DNA of 39,123 nucleotides from Spirogloea muscicola (Eukaryota): NCBI GenBank assembly GCA_009602725.1, contig WELB01000003.1, positions 1,544,524 to 1,583,646 of the forward strand, read 5' to 3'. Shown piece by piece: positions 22,255 to 33,749 of this stretch (position 1 is its first letter; each line of letters starts with the position of its first letter). The notes under the pieces were generated by a model. It saw only the letters and a program-made list of their open reading frames with translations, ran no database searches and was not told where the DNA came from. The position numbers and the translations under genes were made by a program.

Positions 22255-25200
22255 ATGCTGCCCGCCAGGGCCGCGCTGCTCAGCCGCGTCGCCGCACTCC
22301 CACGGGCTCCGCCATTGCCACTGCCACTGCCACTGCCACTGCCACTGCCATCACTTCCAGCCCCTTGGCGTCGGCCTGCCGCACGCCAGCCGCTTTCCCG
22401 GGCTGCGCCACGAGCCTGCAGCCGCGGCGTTAGCTGGGTGGCGTGCGCCGGCGCCGCCTCCGCCGCCTCTGCGCCGCCGTCGTCGGCGGCGCTGCCGCCG
22501 ATCCAGGCCAGGATGGCGATGGCGGGCGTGACGTACCTGAGCCAGGCCCAGGCGGCGGCCGTGGACGAGGAGCTCATGGGCGATGACTTCGGGTTCACGC
22601 TCGAGCAGCTCATGGTTGGCCCCGAAGCTCCGGCTGGCCTGAGTCTTCGGCTCACGGAGATTACCTTATTAGGGCCAAGGCGTTGCTATACACCGAGTGA
22701 CGTTCCGCTTGTCCGCCGCCGCCGCAGGAGCTGGCAGGGCTCAGCGTGGCCTGCGCCATCTTCGAGGTGAAGCAGCAGCAGCCGTCCCTCCCGCGTGGCC
22801 GAACCTCCGAAAACTCCACCAGACTTAGCCACTTGGGCTCTATCCATGGCCAAAGCATGCTCTCGGCTTAACGAAGGTGCACCGAGGCGATAACACAGGT
22901 GTTCAAGCCGGCGAGTAGCTCGCGGGTGCTGGTCCTGTGCGGGCCCGGCAACAATGGCGGCGACGGCCTCGTGGCTGCACGCCACCTCGCGCACTTCGGA
23001 TACACCCCGCATGTGTGCTACCCCAAGCCCACCGACAAGCCCATCTACCACGGCTTAGTGAAGCAGGTGAGCTACCACAAGTCATTTCGTCCACAATTTC
23101 TTTGGCGCTTGTTTTCCTCAAAGTCCTGGCTTTTCCACTGTTTGCTGTGCCTGAGGACGGGCGTGCAGGTACGCATCACTGCAGAAATTCGTAGAAGCTC
23201 GAAATCCCTCACACTCTGCTCCGGAGCCCTTCGGCCCGACCTCCCACATGCAGAGCCCTGCTACTGCATGAGAAGGACGGCAAACACCCGGCTCTGCCAG
23301 CTTTGCTCTAAAGTGCTTGCAGCTTCTGCTCCTCTTGGCTGCTAGTAATTGGAATATGACCGTACTCAAGTTGCACCAACGTGTATACTTCAACCTGCCA
23401 CTGCTCGCAGCTGAAGAGCCAGGAGGTGCCCTTTGTGGAGGCTGGCGACCTGCCCTCCGACCTTGCTTCGAAATTTGACCTTGTTGTGGATGCCATCTTT
23501 GGGTTCTCATTCAAAGGTTAGTCTCTGGACTTCTCAGCAACAGTCGTCGCGGTTTGGCAGTCTAGCTGAGAGGTAGCTCGGGTGGGTGGCTTCGCTCACG
23601 AACTTGTAGCACGAGTTGAGCAGATAGTTGCTCATAATCCTCAGCTCATGCCAAGGACTTCAAGGTTCAAAAACTCAACTGGCTGCTGACTTTGCAAGCT
23701 CCAGGGCTGAGGCCAGAGGACAGGGTCTATTGACACAATATCTTTTTCTGAAAGCCTGGTGTTGTACTTGAGCCCTGGCCACTTACGGTCAACTTGAACC
23801 AATTTTGGTAGTTGGGTCTGTCACCTCAAAGGTCCCAGGCTGGCTGCTTGACAGGAGCCCCACGCCCCCCCTTTGACACGATCCTTCAGCAGCTTGCTTC
23901 ATTGGAGGGCGCGGCCAGGCCTCAGGTTGTCTCAGTTGATGTTCCCTCTGGCTGGCACGTGGAGGAGGGCGACACAACTGGCGTGGGACTTCAGCCCCAC
24001 ATGCTGGTGATGGCCTGAACCAAGCCACCGCTTGCTCCTTAGCAGGAGGACATGCATGGCTCTGTTCCTTCTGGCCACTGAGTTGTGTAGCCCTTGACTA
24101 GCAAATGTAATGAGAGTGTCACTATCATTAACAAAGCGCAGATCTACAGACAACCTGCAGCTGCTTTGCTCACAGTGTTTAAAAGTTCATGGACAGGTCT
24201 CCTTAACCGCGCCAAAGCAGTGTGCAAGAGGATTCCGGGGCGACCACCACTTTGTTGGCGGCCGCTTTGTGCCTGCGGCTGTTGCCAAGAAGCTTCAAAT
24301 CACATTGCCACGCTACCAGGGCTCTGCACCCATTGTGCAATTGTCTGGCAGCGGGAGGCGTGAGGAGGCGCCAGGTGGCCCAGGCCGCATTGACATTGCA
24401 GCCTTACGAGAAAATTACACCGCGGGCGAATTGCTCGAGGAGCATGCAGACCCCGACCCTTTTAAGCAGGTCTTGTGTCAAAGCCGTTATATGGATAATT
24501 GATTGGCCTATCTGTCTTCAAACTCCATCTATCCGCAAATCAGCCATCTTGCCAGGGCAGCATGGCCTTGTAGTGACCTTCAATGACCCTGAAAGCTGTC
24601 GGCTCTGCTATGCAGTTTGGAAGGTGGTTTGAGGATGCCACATCGTCAAACATCAAGGAGCCCAATGGGATGACGCTCGCCACAGTCAGCGACACTGGCG
24701 CTCCGTAAGCTTTTGCCTCGACCGGCAAGCTTTGGAGTGTCCGCCCTGTTTCTGCTATTTGTCTTGCGCAGCCTGATCATGCAGCAGGGGCTGATAAGCT
24801 ACAGTGGGGCTGCATGCCTGGTCATTACTGTGACAGTTGCAGCGCAGAATGTGTGACTAGCTTATGTGGCTTACTTCAGATTTTCTTGACTTAATGTCGA
24901 CGTTGTGCCCCTATTCTTTTCCAGCTCTGCTAGGGTGGTCCTCCTCAAGGGCTTTGACAGCAGGGGCTTTGTGTGGTACACAAATTACAAGTCTAGAAAG
25001 GGCTGCGAGCTGGCGGTCTCCCCCAGGGCCGCTTTGGTCTTCTGGTGGGAGCTGCTGCAGCGACAGGTAGTTGAATATGAAGATGCCAGAGATTGCTATC
25101 CTGTGACACGTCGGAGGTTGCATATCACCAAGTTGCATTTATCAACTCAAGCATGCTAACCACTTTCCAGGTCATAGGCTCTGTATAGGCAGGCTGCACG

Positions 25201-26142
25201 AATGGCTCTGCTCATAAGTTGATCTTTTGTCAGGTGAGAGTTGAGGGATCGGTTGAGCAAGTAACAAGCGAAGAATCGGACCAATACTTCTATAGCCGGC
25301 CGCGCGGCAGCCAGTTGGGCGCCGCATCAAGTCCGCAGGTCCCCCTTTTTTTTACCATCCGCCTTCTTTGACCATCGGCCTACTATCTCAGCTTCTTCTG
25401 TGCTTTCTCGTCGTACATTCTCCATGCACTTGTATCCATTCTATTCAAAGTAAGTTACGGTGATGGACTGTAGAGTGAGCAATGACCAAACGGTACAGGA
25501 CATTGAAATTAAGATTGAGATACTGTTGTGTACTTGTGGTGCGCAGAGCAGAGTCATTGAGGACAGACACGTACTTGACGAGCACTACAAGCAGCTGGAT
25601 GAGAAGTACGCTAACAGGTGATAGTAGTGCTCGCAATCTCTTGCGTGTCTCCTCATCTGAGTCCAGCTTCACCTGGCAGCCTTGCATGCCTGAGAATGTG
25701 AATGATAGGACCAGGGCACCACATCCAATGTAAGTGGTCTTTCACGCACCTGCCATGGCCAACTGGTATCAGCAATCTGCATGGTGACTGAGCCCTGGTC
25801 TTTTCTGTCTCGAGGTGCAGTCCTCTGCCCCGACCTGAAACCTGGGGAGGCTTCCGCCTCAAGCCAACCTGCATTGAGTTCTGGCAGGGCCGGCCCTCGC
25901 GACTCCACGACAGGTGATCAGCGAGCTGTCCTCCGCAGCAGTCCGGTGCAGTCCTTACATATCTTATGGCTGCCCGGCACCAGTGAATTGTGTGCTCGCA
26001 AAGGGTGTGCGACTACGAGATCTTGCCTTCAGCAATGTGGTGGCCAGCAATTGATGCAATGGTAGCTGTTGTATGGCTCAGGTTGCGATACAGACGGGAC
26101 AACAAGCAAGCTGGATGGACAAGGGAGAGGCTCGCGCCTTGA
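22255..26142 (+). CDS. PDX3: NAD(P)HX epimerase (YjeF_N) - pyridoxine/pyridoxamine 5'-phosphate oxidase fusion with N-terminal transit peptide; multi-exon
   Basis: Epimerase part: [15 protein letters not shown]...[53 protein letters not shown]. Oxidase part: [39 protein letters not shown]...[16 protein letters not shown]...ERLAP*. Confidence 0.95.
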
Positions 26143-26144
26143 GG

Positions 26145-26650
26145 ATGTCCGGTCACAGTGCCGATGGCGAGTTCCTCTTGAGGTCTGCAAGTGGCAAATA
26201 TTGTAGGGCTCAAGGTCTTCTCCAAAGAGACATCTTGGCGGCCAGTACAGTAGCAAGACAATAAAAGATGTGCTGAGATTGGATTGCATCTTCACAGTGA
26301 GGACCAGAGCGCGCGCGGCATAGGTGCATTGCAGTCTACGTCGAGGACAACAGAGATAGTACCTCAATGAGAGCGTAAGGCTGCAGTTGAAGATGCTGCA
26401 GGAGTCGTGAGTCAGTGTGCAAGCTGTGGAGCTTGCTGAAGGGGCAAAGTAAGAGCTGTCTGCTGCACGGAGTTTCTGTGGCTTATGCAGCGAAAGGGGC
26501 ATGTAGTGTGGTCAGAGCCCTACAATACGGAGCCGCTGACGAGCATATCAAGAGGTGGACCTCCTTGATGCGATCCAATACCAGTTGACACTTCAATGTC
26601 GAGCAGGAGCTCCTGGTGGAGACGGCCGAGCCTAGTGGGGCGTCAAGCTG
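26145..26650 (+). pseudogene. Decayed coding remnant related to 2760-3913
   Basis: FLLRSASGKYCRA...CIFTVRT and HGVSVAYAAKG...SNTS*HFNVEQELLV, interrupted by stops and frameshifts. Shares tggcaaatattgtagggc with 3337-3354 (minus). Confidence 0.3.
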
Positions 26651-26719
26651 AGTATGAGTCCTCCACGCTTAGGGGAGCCCCAGAGCTGAGCGTCTCCATG
26701 CCTCTCTCTTCCTTCTCCA

Positions 26720-27430
26720 CTCCTTCTGGACTGGCCTCCCACGAGCATCGCTCCTTTGGAAGAGAGGAGCTTCTCCGTCTCTGGGCTTCACTTTTTGTAG
26801 CCCCGTACTCTGCACTTGCATTTGCCTGGACAGTCTGTTGGCTTAAGCCGGCATTCCTTACATCCCATGCGCACCGCGCACCTTGTCTCATCGGAGGCAG
26901 TGCCGACATGCCAAACCCAAGCCTTTCGGCCATTTGGACCTTGGCCAATGCTTCTCTGGGCTGGCTTCTTGACAGCCCTCCAACCCTCCCTCTCTTTGGA
27001 AGAGCTTTCTTCCAAAGCGGGAGGGTTCAGAACTCACTTCTTTGGGAGAGCCACTTTCTCTCTTGAAGAGCTTACTCTCTCGAGACTTTGGTCCCTTAGA
27101 ACCTTGTCAATATTTGTATTGGGCTGGTTTGTCACAGCCCTTGCCCCCACTGGAAGAGCCACTTCTCTTCTGGCTCTGGCTCTGGCCAGGGGACCCACTT
27201 CCAGGAGCCTAGCATCTCTGATCTGCGGCTGCTTAGCAGGGGTTACTGAGTGGTTCGTAGCTGCTTTGTTTCTTCTTGTGCTTGTTTTTCTTAGCGCTTC
27301 CCCTGGCCCCCTTCACGTACTTTGTCCATTCTATTTTGGACTGGCTTTTCCAGCCCCTATCCTGAATGGGCGAGCACTTTCTTCTCCTCTTCTCGAGCCC
27401 AAGGAACGTGGCGGACGGGCGAAGGTGGAG
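26720..27430. repeat. Dispersed repeat family, cluster C (upstream of petC)
   Basis: Units tgg(g/a)ctgg...(cagcc)...tggaagag at about 26725, 26955 and 27120, and a variant at about 27337. Confidence 0.75.
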
Positions 27431-27559
27431 AGAGAGAGGGTGGGAAGAAGTAAAGTGAGAGAGGTGTTGGGGGGGCCCCATTTGTGGATAAAATCAAGGA
27501 ACTTAGTAAAACCCCAAACCCCGGCCGTTGGGTCGGGCACGGCCACACGCGCCGGGCAG

Positions 27560-27591
27560 CCAATCAGCGGGCGCCACGTAGGCGGATAAGG
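27560..27591 (+). promoter_or_regulatory. Compact light-responsive promoter module: CCAAT box, G-box-like ACGT element, I-box
   Basis: ccaat at 27560-27564, gccacgta at 27573-27580 and gataagg at 27585-27591, about 85-115 nt before the petC ATG. Confidence 0.6.
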
Positions 27592-27673
27592 CACCCCCCT
27601 GGTAAGTGGGAATAGGCAGAGCCACGCCGCCGCCGCCGCCGCCGCCGCTGCCGTCACTGCCGCCGCCGCCGTT

Positions 27674-29245
27674 ATGGCCTCTGCGATGGCCGCCGCCATG
27701 ACCGCCAGCACCTCCGCCGCCGCGCCCGCGCCGGTAGGGACGCCGCCCTCCTCGCCGCCGCCGCGTCGCCGCCGCCGCCGCCTCCTTCGGGCGCTTCTGA
27801 CGATCTCCCGCCTCGCCGGCGCTGGCGCCCGCCTTGCAGCTCTCCGCCTCCCGCAACGGCATCTGCGGCCCCGCGCCGCGACCGTCCGTGGCGGCCGTGG
27901 CGCTGCCGCGGCGGCAGCAGGCCAGCGCGGCCGTCGTGCGCGCCGCCGCCGGATCCGGCGCCATGGTGCCTGACATGAACAAGCGCAACACCCTGAACCT
28001 GCTCCTCCTCGGCGCCGTCGGCCTGCCCACCGTCTGCCTCGCCGGCCCCTATGCCTACTTCTTCGTGCCCCCCGGGTAACGGCCCGACCTCCATCATATC
28101 AAGACTTTCAATATCAAGAAAAAAGAATATACTGTAGCCTTGTGTTAGTGGCCTGCCGTACACCTGAATACGCGGCTCTTTGGTGCGAAACCCTTCCAAA
28201 TCTGGCCAGTGCTCGCGGTTGCGAGGTGGGTGCCCACGAAGGACTTGGCCGTGAAGCCGGATCCTGAGCGTGGACGTCGCGGGCTATCGTCTTGCGCAGC
28301 CAAGTCTGAGTTAGCTCTTAGTAGTGGCAGGAGACCCTCTTTGACTAAAGAGCTGAACCCTCCTCGATCTGTGATGCTGCAGCTCCGGCGGTGGCAGCGG
28401 CGGCATCACCGCCAAGGACGCGCTGGGCAACGACATCACTGCCAGCGGCTGGATCAAGTCTCACCCGGCTGGGGACCGCACCTTGGCCCAGGGGCTCAAG
28501 GTCTGCCCCTCGCAGAGCGTCGCCAGTCCTCAGTCTGTTCCTTGTGCTGCTTCCTCGTGCCACCTGCCTACCGCCTTCTCATGGTCATGTGTTCACGCCA
28601 GCAGTCACAGCAGCTGACAAGCCGCCTCTGCATGTGCTCGCGCTCGCAGGGCGACCCAACATACCTTGTTGTTGAGAACGGTGGCACAATCGCCAACTAC
28701 GGCATCAACGCGGTGTGCACACATCTGGGGTGCGTGGTGCCATGGAACCAGGCTGAGAACAAGTTCATCTGCCCCTGCCACGGCTCCCAGTACAACAACC
28801 AGGGCAAGGTTGTCCGGGGGCCCGCCCCACTGGTGAGCCGCTCACCCCCAGGCCATGGCCTCCTTGCCGTCATTGATCGGACGCTTGCAAGGGCCGGGCA
28901 TGTTCCCTTGCGCACGTGGTAGCATTGCCAAGGGGGCATCGTTCCTGAGGATCCTACCTGTCAGCAGTAATGTCCCTGTACTTGTGCGGTATTGCTGCTG
29001 TGGTGGTGAGGGTAGGCTTCAAAGATATTAGGGTCTGATGCCGTGACCGCTGTGGCTGTTTGGATTGTCACAGCAGTGGCGCTGCTGCTGTTTGCAATAT
29101 GGCTGACCACTTGTTGCTGGCTTGTGGCTCGCACTCCTTGCAGTCCCTAGCTCTGGCTCATGCGGATATTGTTGATGACAAGGTGGTCTTCTCCACATGG
29201 ACGGAGACCGACTTCCGCACTGACCAGAAGCCGTGGTGGTCGTAG
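27674..29245 (+). CDS. petC: Cytochrome b6f Rieske iron-sulfur protein with transit peptide. Exons 27674-27733, 27840-28075, 28383-28500, 28650-28832, 29144-29245
   Basis: [36 protein letters not shown]; Rieske boxes CTHLGCV and [20 protein letters not shown]. Confidence 0.98.
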
Positions 29246-29785
29246 AGGGATGTCATGTCCACCGCCTCCCAGATTGTTTGCTGGCTTTCAGTGCTGCGGG
29301 CTTCCACCTTATTGGTGGCGGTGCCCCAGTCAACGAGTGCTGGCGTGCGCTTACTCAATTTACATCATGCAGCTCTGAGTCAGTCTTCCAGCAGGAGCTG
29401 GGGCTGCTGTTGGGCTGCACTTAGGGCCCCTTGCCAGGCATAGCCATCAACGCATTTCTATTGGGCGGGAAGAGCAGAGCGCGAGAAAAGCTACTGCTGG
29501 GATAGCCAATTTGTGGCAATGTAGTGACAGCAGGCTTCTTGTTGATATTATTGCTGAGCTTGCGCATCAAGGGCAGAGTCAACGGCCATCCTCAGTTGAG
29601 ACGTGGGGCAGATGTTTGGGACCAAAAGGAGATCGACAAGCATTTACAACTGTAACATGTGCAACTGCTGCGTGGTGCGGCAGCCTGTGATTGGAGTGTG
29701 CAGCTCAAAGGTTTGCAATTGAAACAAGCATCCGGGCAGTCCTTGAGGGAGAGCGGCTTTGCCGCTCGCAATGCCACGCTTCCTT

Positions 29786-32201
29786 TCACTTCTCAAGTAG
29801 TCGCACCTCTGCCATGCCCTCGCGGCGGGTTGGCGAGTACCAGACGACGAGCTTAGCGGCACCCAGTGTCTCAAGGGAGCAGTCCAGGCCGTACGTTACC
29901 TCCTGTGCGCGAAGCCAGCCCTTTGAGTCGAGTGCATGCCGTGTGTCCAGCCGCGCACGTATTGGCCCCATCACCTGCTGCTGCACTGAGAGGGCCAGCG
30001 TTGGGCAGCCTTTTTGCGGGTCAGTGGCTGCATTGCTGGCGGTGTAGTGGCGGCCGATGGGTGAGGACGCCGCGGCGGCTGCAAAAGCCGACGCTGCGCC
30101 AAGGTCGAGCCGCAGACTCGCCGACGTATGGTCCAGGAATTGCCGCTTGAACAGGCCGAGCTGCGCAGTCACGCCGAGCGACGAGAAGAGGTCGGCAGCC
30201 ACCGGCTTGTGGGAGCCGTCGCCGCCGCCACGATCGCCATCACCAAGCCGCTGGTGGGAACTGAACTCCTTTCGCAGCGTGGAGAGGTCGGCGGTGATCA
30301 GGCCGCCTGATCACCACCAATCAGGCATTGTTAGGTGCTATCGTTGATTGATTAAGGGAAGTTGTCAAATTATGACCATAATTTGTACCCTCTAGCAGTG
30401 CGGCTCATACCAAGAATGCCGGCAAGCGTGAGGCGCGGGCGCGCAGCGAGGAGGTTGTATGGCCGGCCCTCGCGCTTGGAGCGATCGCGCCACAGGAAGA
30501 CCTCGCGCTCCATTGAGAGCGCCGCCTGTGCGCGCGTGCCTGGCAACGCCCCCCACGGCACAGCCACTGCGGCCTCCTGCGAGCTCTCCGTGGCCTGCCA
30601 CACCACCACCAGTGAAACAGGAGCCGCATGCCCATCGGGGTTCAGATTTTGCAATCTCTACGGGCGGGGCGGAGCGGCGGCACACGGCGTCGTGAGTCCG
30701 TGCATGACCTGGGGCACGCCGGAGCTGCGAAGAACGCCGAGGCGGTAACGGAATCCGAGGGGCGCGCCCATGGAGGCCAGGTCGAGCGCGACGACATGCG
30801 GCACGTCCCAGTATCGCGCCTCCCGGTCGACGCACCGCTCGTGCCACGCCGCCTCCACCGTCACATCGTGCTTCTTGAGCTGCTCACAGTGTATGAGCGA
30901 AGGTTGCTCAACTCACAGGTTCTTTGTACTTCTGAGGGATGTTAACATCGTTGCATGCAGCAAGCCAAGTACGTCAAGGACTGGCGAGGCCCCTAACCTT
31001 GTGCTTGATGGTGAGGCGGCCGCGGAAGGGGTGGTGGCCGCCGGCGTCGCCACTCTCGTCTTTGGCAAGGCGCGGGAACAGGCCGGCGAGCCGGCACACC
31101 TCGGCGTGGGCACTCATGGACAGCGCCGGCCCGAGCAGCAGGCGGCCGCGTGCCGAGAAGGCGTAGAGCGACGGGTCGGCCAGGCGGCGCAGCCGCCCTG
31201 GCAGGCTGTCCAGGTCCTGCTCCGCCGCCCGCTCGGGGGTCAGCCCGCGCTTGCCCGGCGACCACAGGCGCTGCAGCCGGAAGCGGCCCGTGCCCGTCGC
31301 CCACCTGGGCCCAGGTAAGTACAGGGTTCAGGGTTTAGGGGTCAGGGTTTACTTCAGGGTCTGAGGGGTTTGGGGGTTTAAGGTTTGAGAATAATCTCAC
31401 ATGGCCCTTGATATGATAATGCGGCATTGTAGTCTGGCTTAACATTTTGCGTCAAATTCGGTGAGCCAATGCGGCCACAGGCAGCACTGTGCATGTGCCG
31501 GCAGGGAGCGTCAGTGCGGGGCCTTGCAAGCGCACCAGTCGGAGCTGCCGAAGCTGGCGAGGACGCGGTCGAGCACCCAGCCGCCGCCATTGTCGCTGTC
31601 GACCGCGTACGACGGCGTGCACGGCACTGTGGCGCAAAGGAAGGGAGCCCCGTGGCGGCAACAGGTAGAGCGACAGCAATCAGCCGGATGAGAATGGCAG
31701 CTGCAGCAGCCGCCGCTATCATCGTTGTCGCAGTCAGCAGCTGGCCAGCAGACAACAGCAGCCTCCAGCATCCAGCAGCCGCGGCATTGGCTGCATAACT
31801 ACCTGGGGCGCTTGCAAGGGCATGGGCGGGGAGAGAGGATAAGAGAGGGGGGAGAGGGGGTTGGGGAGAGGGAGGGCTCACACAAAGGCGAGAAGAAAGT
31901 ATGAGATGATGGCCAGAGGAACCCGAGGAACGGTGTACAGGAGGGAGAGGAAGCAGACGCAGGACAGAGGAAGATGCCGAGGAGAGGAGGGGTGGGAGAG
32001 AGATGGGGGAGGGAGGGGAAGGGGCAGTGCACCGGCGAGGAGGCGCTGGAGGAGGAGGAGCTGCTGGGAGCGGCTGAGCTTGGAGGCCTGCGTGATGCCC
32101 AGCGGCGGCGGCTCGCTAGGCAGCGAGCGCGCGACGGCCTCGGGCGACTGCGTCGACTCCACCTCCTGGTTCCAGAACTGCGCTGCCAACACCGTCCTCA
32201 T
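29786..32201 (-). CDS. TGD4: TGD4-like plastid outer-envelope lipid (phosphatidic acid) transport beta-barrel; multi-exon
   Basis: FWNQEVESTQSPEAVARSLPSEPPPLG; HDVTVEAAW....D...RYWDVP...LDLAS; ADLFSS....QLG.F....LD; QQQVMGPIRARLD; AKLVVWYSPTRREGMAEVRLLE. Confidence 0.92.
31321..31386. repeat. Degenerate telomere-like array in TGD4 intron 2
   Basis: acagggt tcagggt ttagggg tcagggt ttac ttcagggt ... ttaaggt. Confidence 0.8.
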
Positions 32202-32762
32202 CAGCCTCCCCTCCCGCCGCCTCCGCCGTCGCCGCCGCCGCCGCCGCCGCCGCGGCGGGCGCCGCCATCAAGGGGCGGCCGCTAACGGACTTCCATTAGG
32301 CGTGCAGCGACGGAATGACCTCTCAGCTTATGACCCAGGCTTTCCTGAGAGGGGGCAGTTAATGCCCAAGCTGAGTGCTCCTGATCTGCTCTCTCCTTCC
32401 TCTGCCTTGTCAAGTAGCAATGACCGTTCGCAACATTCTTTGTGGGCTCGCCTTTCCCCAGCCACCAAATTCTGGCGAGCTTCTTCTCTGGCCACAGGTT
32501 CACAAGCTGCCTCACTGACTCTACTAGCTGCTCAACCTTTGAGCTGGCATGTGTCGAGCTGCTGCCAGGATGTGGCCGCCACGAAGCTGGTACAAAGACG
32601 TTCTCAAGTGACCTCGCACTTGCTCGTAATTTCCGCTGCTCAAACACAAGACCAAGGCCCAACACCACACCAAGGTCTAACAGCATAGACCCTGACATAT
32701 GAGGCTCTGGCATTGTCGTCAACAGGACACCAACACTCCTGACATCGACATGGCGCCGGCGG

Positions 32763-33445
32763 TCAAGCAACAGCGAGGCTTTGATTAGGAGCACTCGCTT
32801 GCCATGGCTCAGGGGCACTTGACATCTCGGCGACCTCTTCATCACCTGTAACAATGTCAGGCTCAGCCTCTGCAGGAGGCCTCTTTGGCTCCAGGTCGAT
32901 GAAGTCGCTTGACCGCGCGGCCAAGTCAGCAATGCTCACGCGGCCCAGGCGCACAATGTAGTCTGCCACCGCACGCATCTCTTCAGGCGACACGTAGATG
33001 AACTTGCCGCGCTCGTCCATCACACCGGAGATGCGGCCTGCAGCTCGGGCACGGCCAACACTCAGTCAGGACTCGGACAGGAGCATTCTAAGCTCTGATT
33101 CACTTATTCCTCCTCCTTGCCTCCTTGCCTTCCACTCGCTTCAATTCTCTCTATCACTCTGTGCGCCAGAGCCCCCAAGTTCGCTTCAGCGTGTTGACAC
33201 ACAGGAGCAGGCAATACTCGGTCTGAGTCTCACCCATCTGCTCCAGCGCAAGGACGCGACTGACGACTTCCTGCGGCCACCATGGACAGTAAAGCCATCA
33301 ACTACAGAAGTGCGGCACAGGCGCTGGCTTTCAATCTAGCTGCTCATGGGCAGGTCATACAGGAGCCAAGTGAGAAGCGAGCGCTGACTTGCGTCCGAAG
33401 GCCGAACTCCGCGGCAAGGTCCTCCAGCACGACGCACTTGTGCTC
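32763..33445 (-). CDS. DDRGK1: DDRGK domain-containing protein 1 (UFBP1, UFMylation scaffold); last 3 exons only
   Basis: EHKCVVLEDLAAEFGLRTQ|EVVSRVLALEQMG|RISGVMDERGKFIYVSPEEMRAVADYI...GRVSI (PCI/winged-helix region). The 5' part is absent beyond the N at 33503. Confidence 0.92.
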
Positions 33446-33749
33446 CTGACAGGCGAGCACAGGCATACAGTGGCACCGTGGCGGGTCAGTCCAGCTGAAG
33501 ACNCCGTTCCTCCCCTCCCCCCTACCCACCCCCTTCTCTTTCCCACCTCCCTCTCCCTTTTCTTTACCTAGCATTCGCCAACGCTTTTTATGTCTATGTC
33601 TTCTCCTGTTTTGTCTTCTCCGTAGACCTCTTTCACCTCCTTCTTGTCTCCCTAGTCATGCTCCTCTCCCCTCTGGCCCACGCTGGCCTACACCATAAGC
33701 AGCGCCAGCAATATAGCAGCACCTGCATTGCCTTCCTCCCTCCTCACAG

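Noticed and set aside
6907..26142. Functional 'repair' or cofactor gene cluster (APTX, NAXE/PDX3, MOT)
   Set aside because: Unrelated housekeeping genes are interspersed, and nothing in the sequence shows co-regulation.
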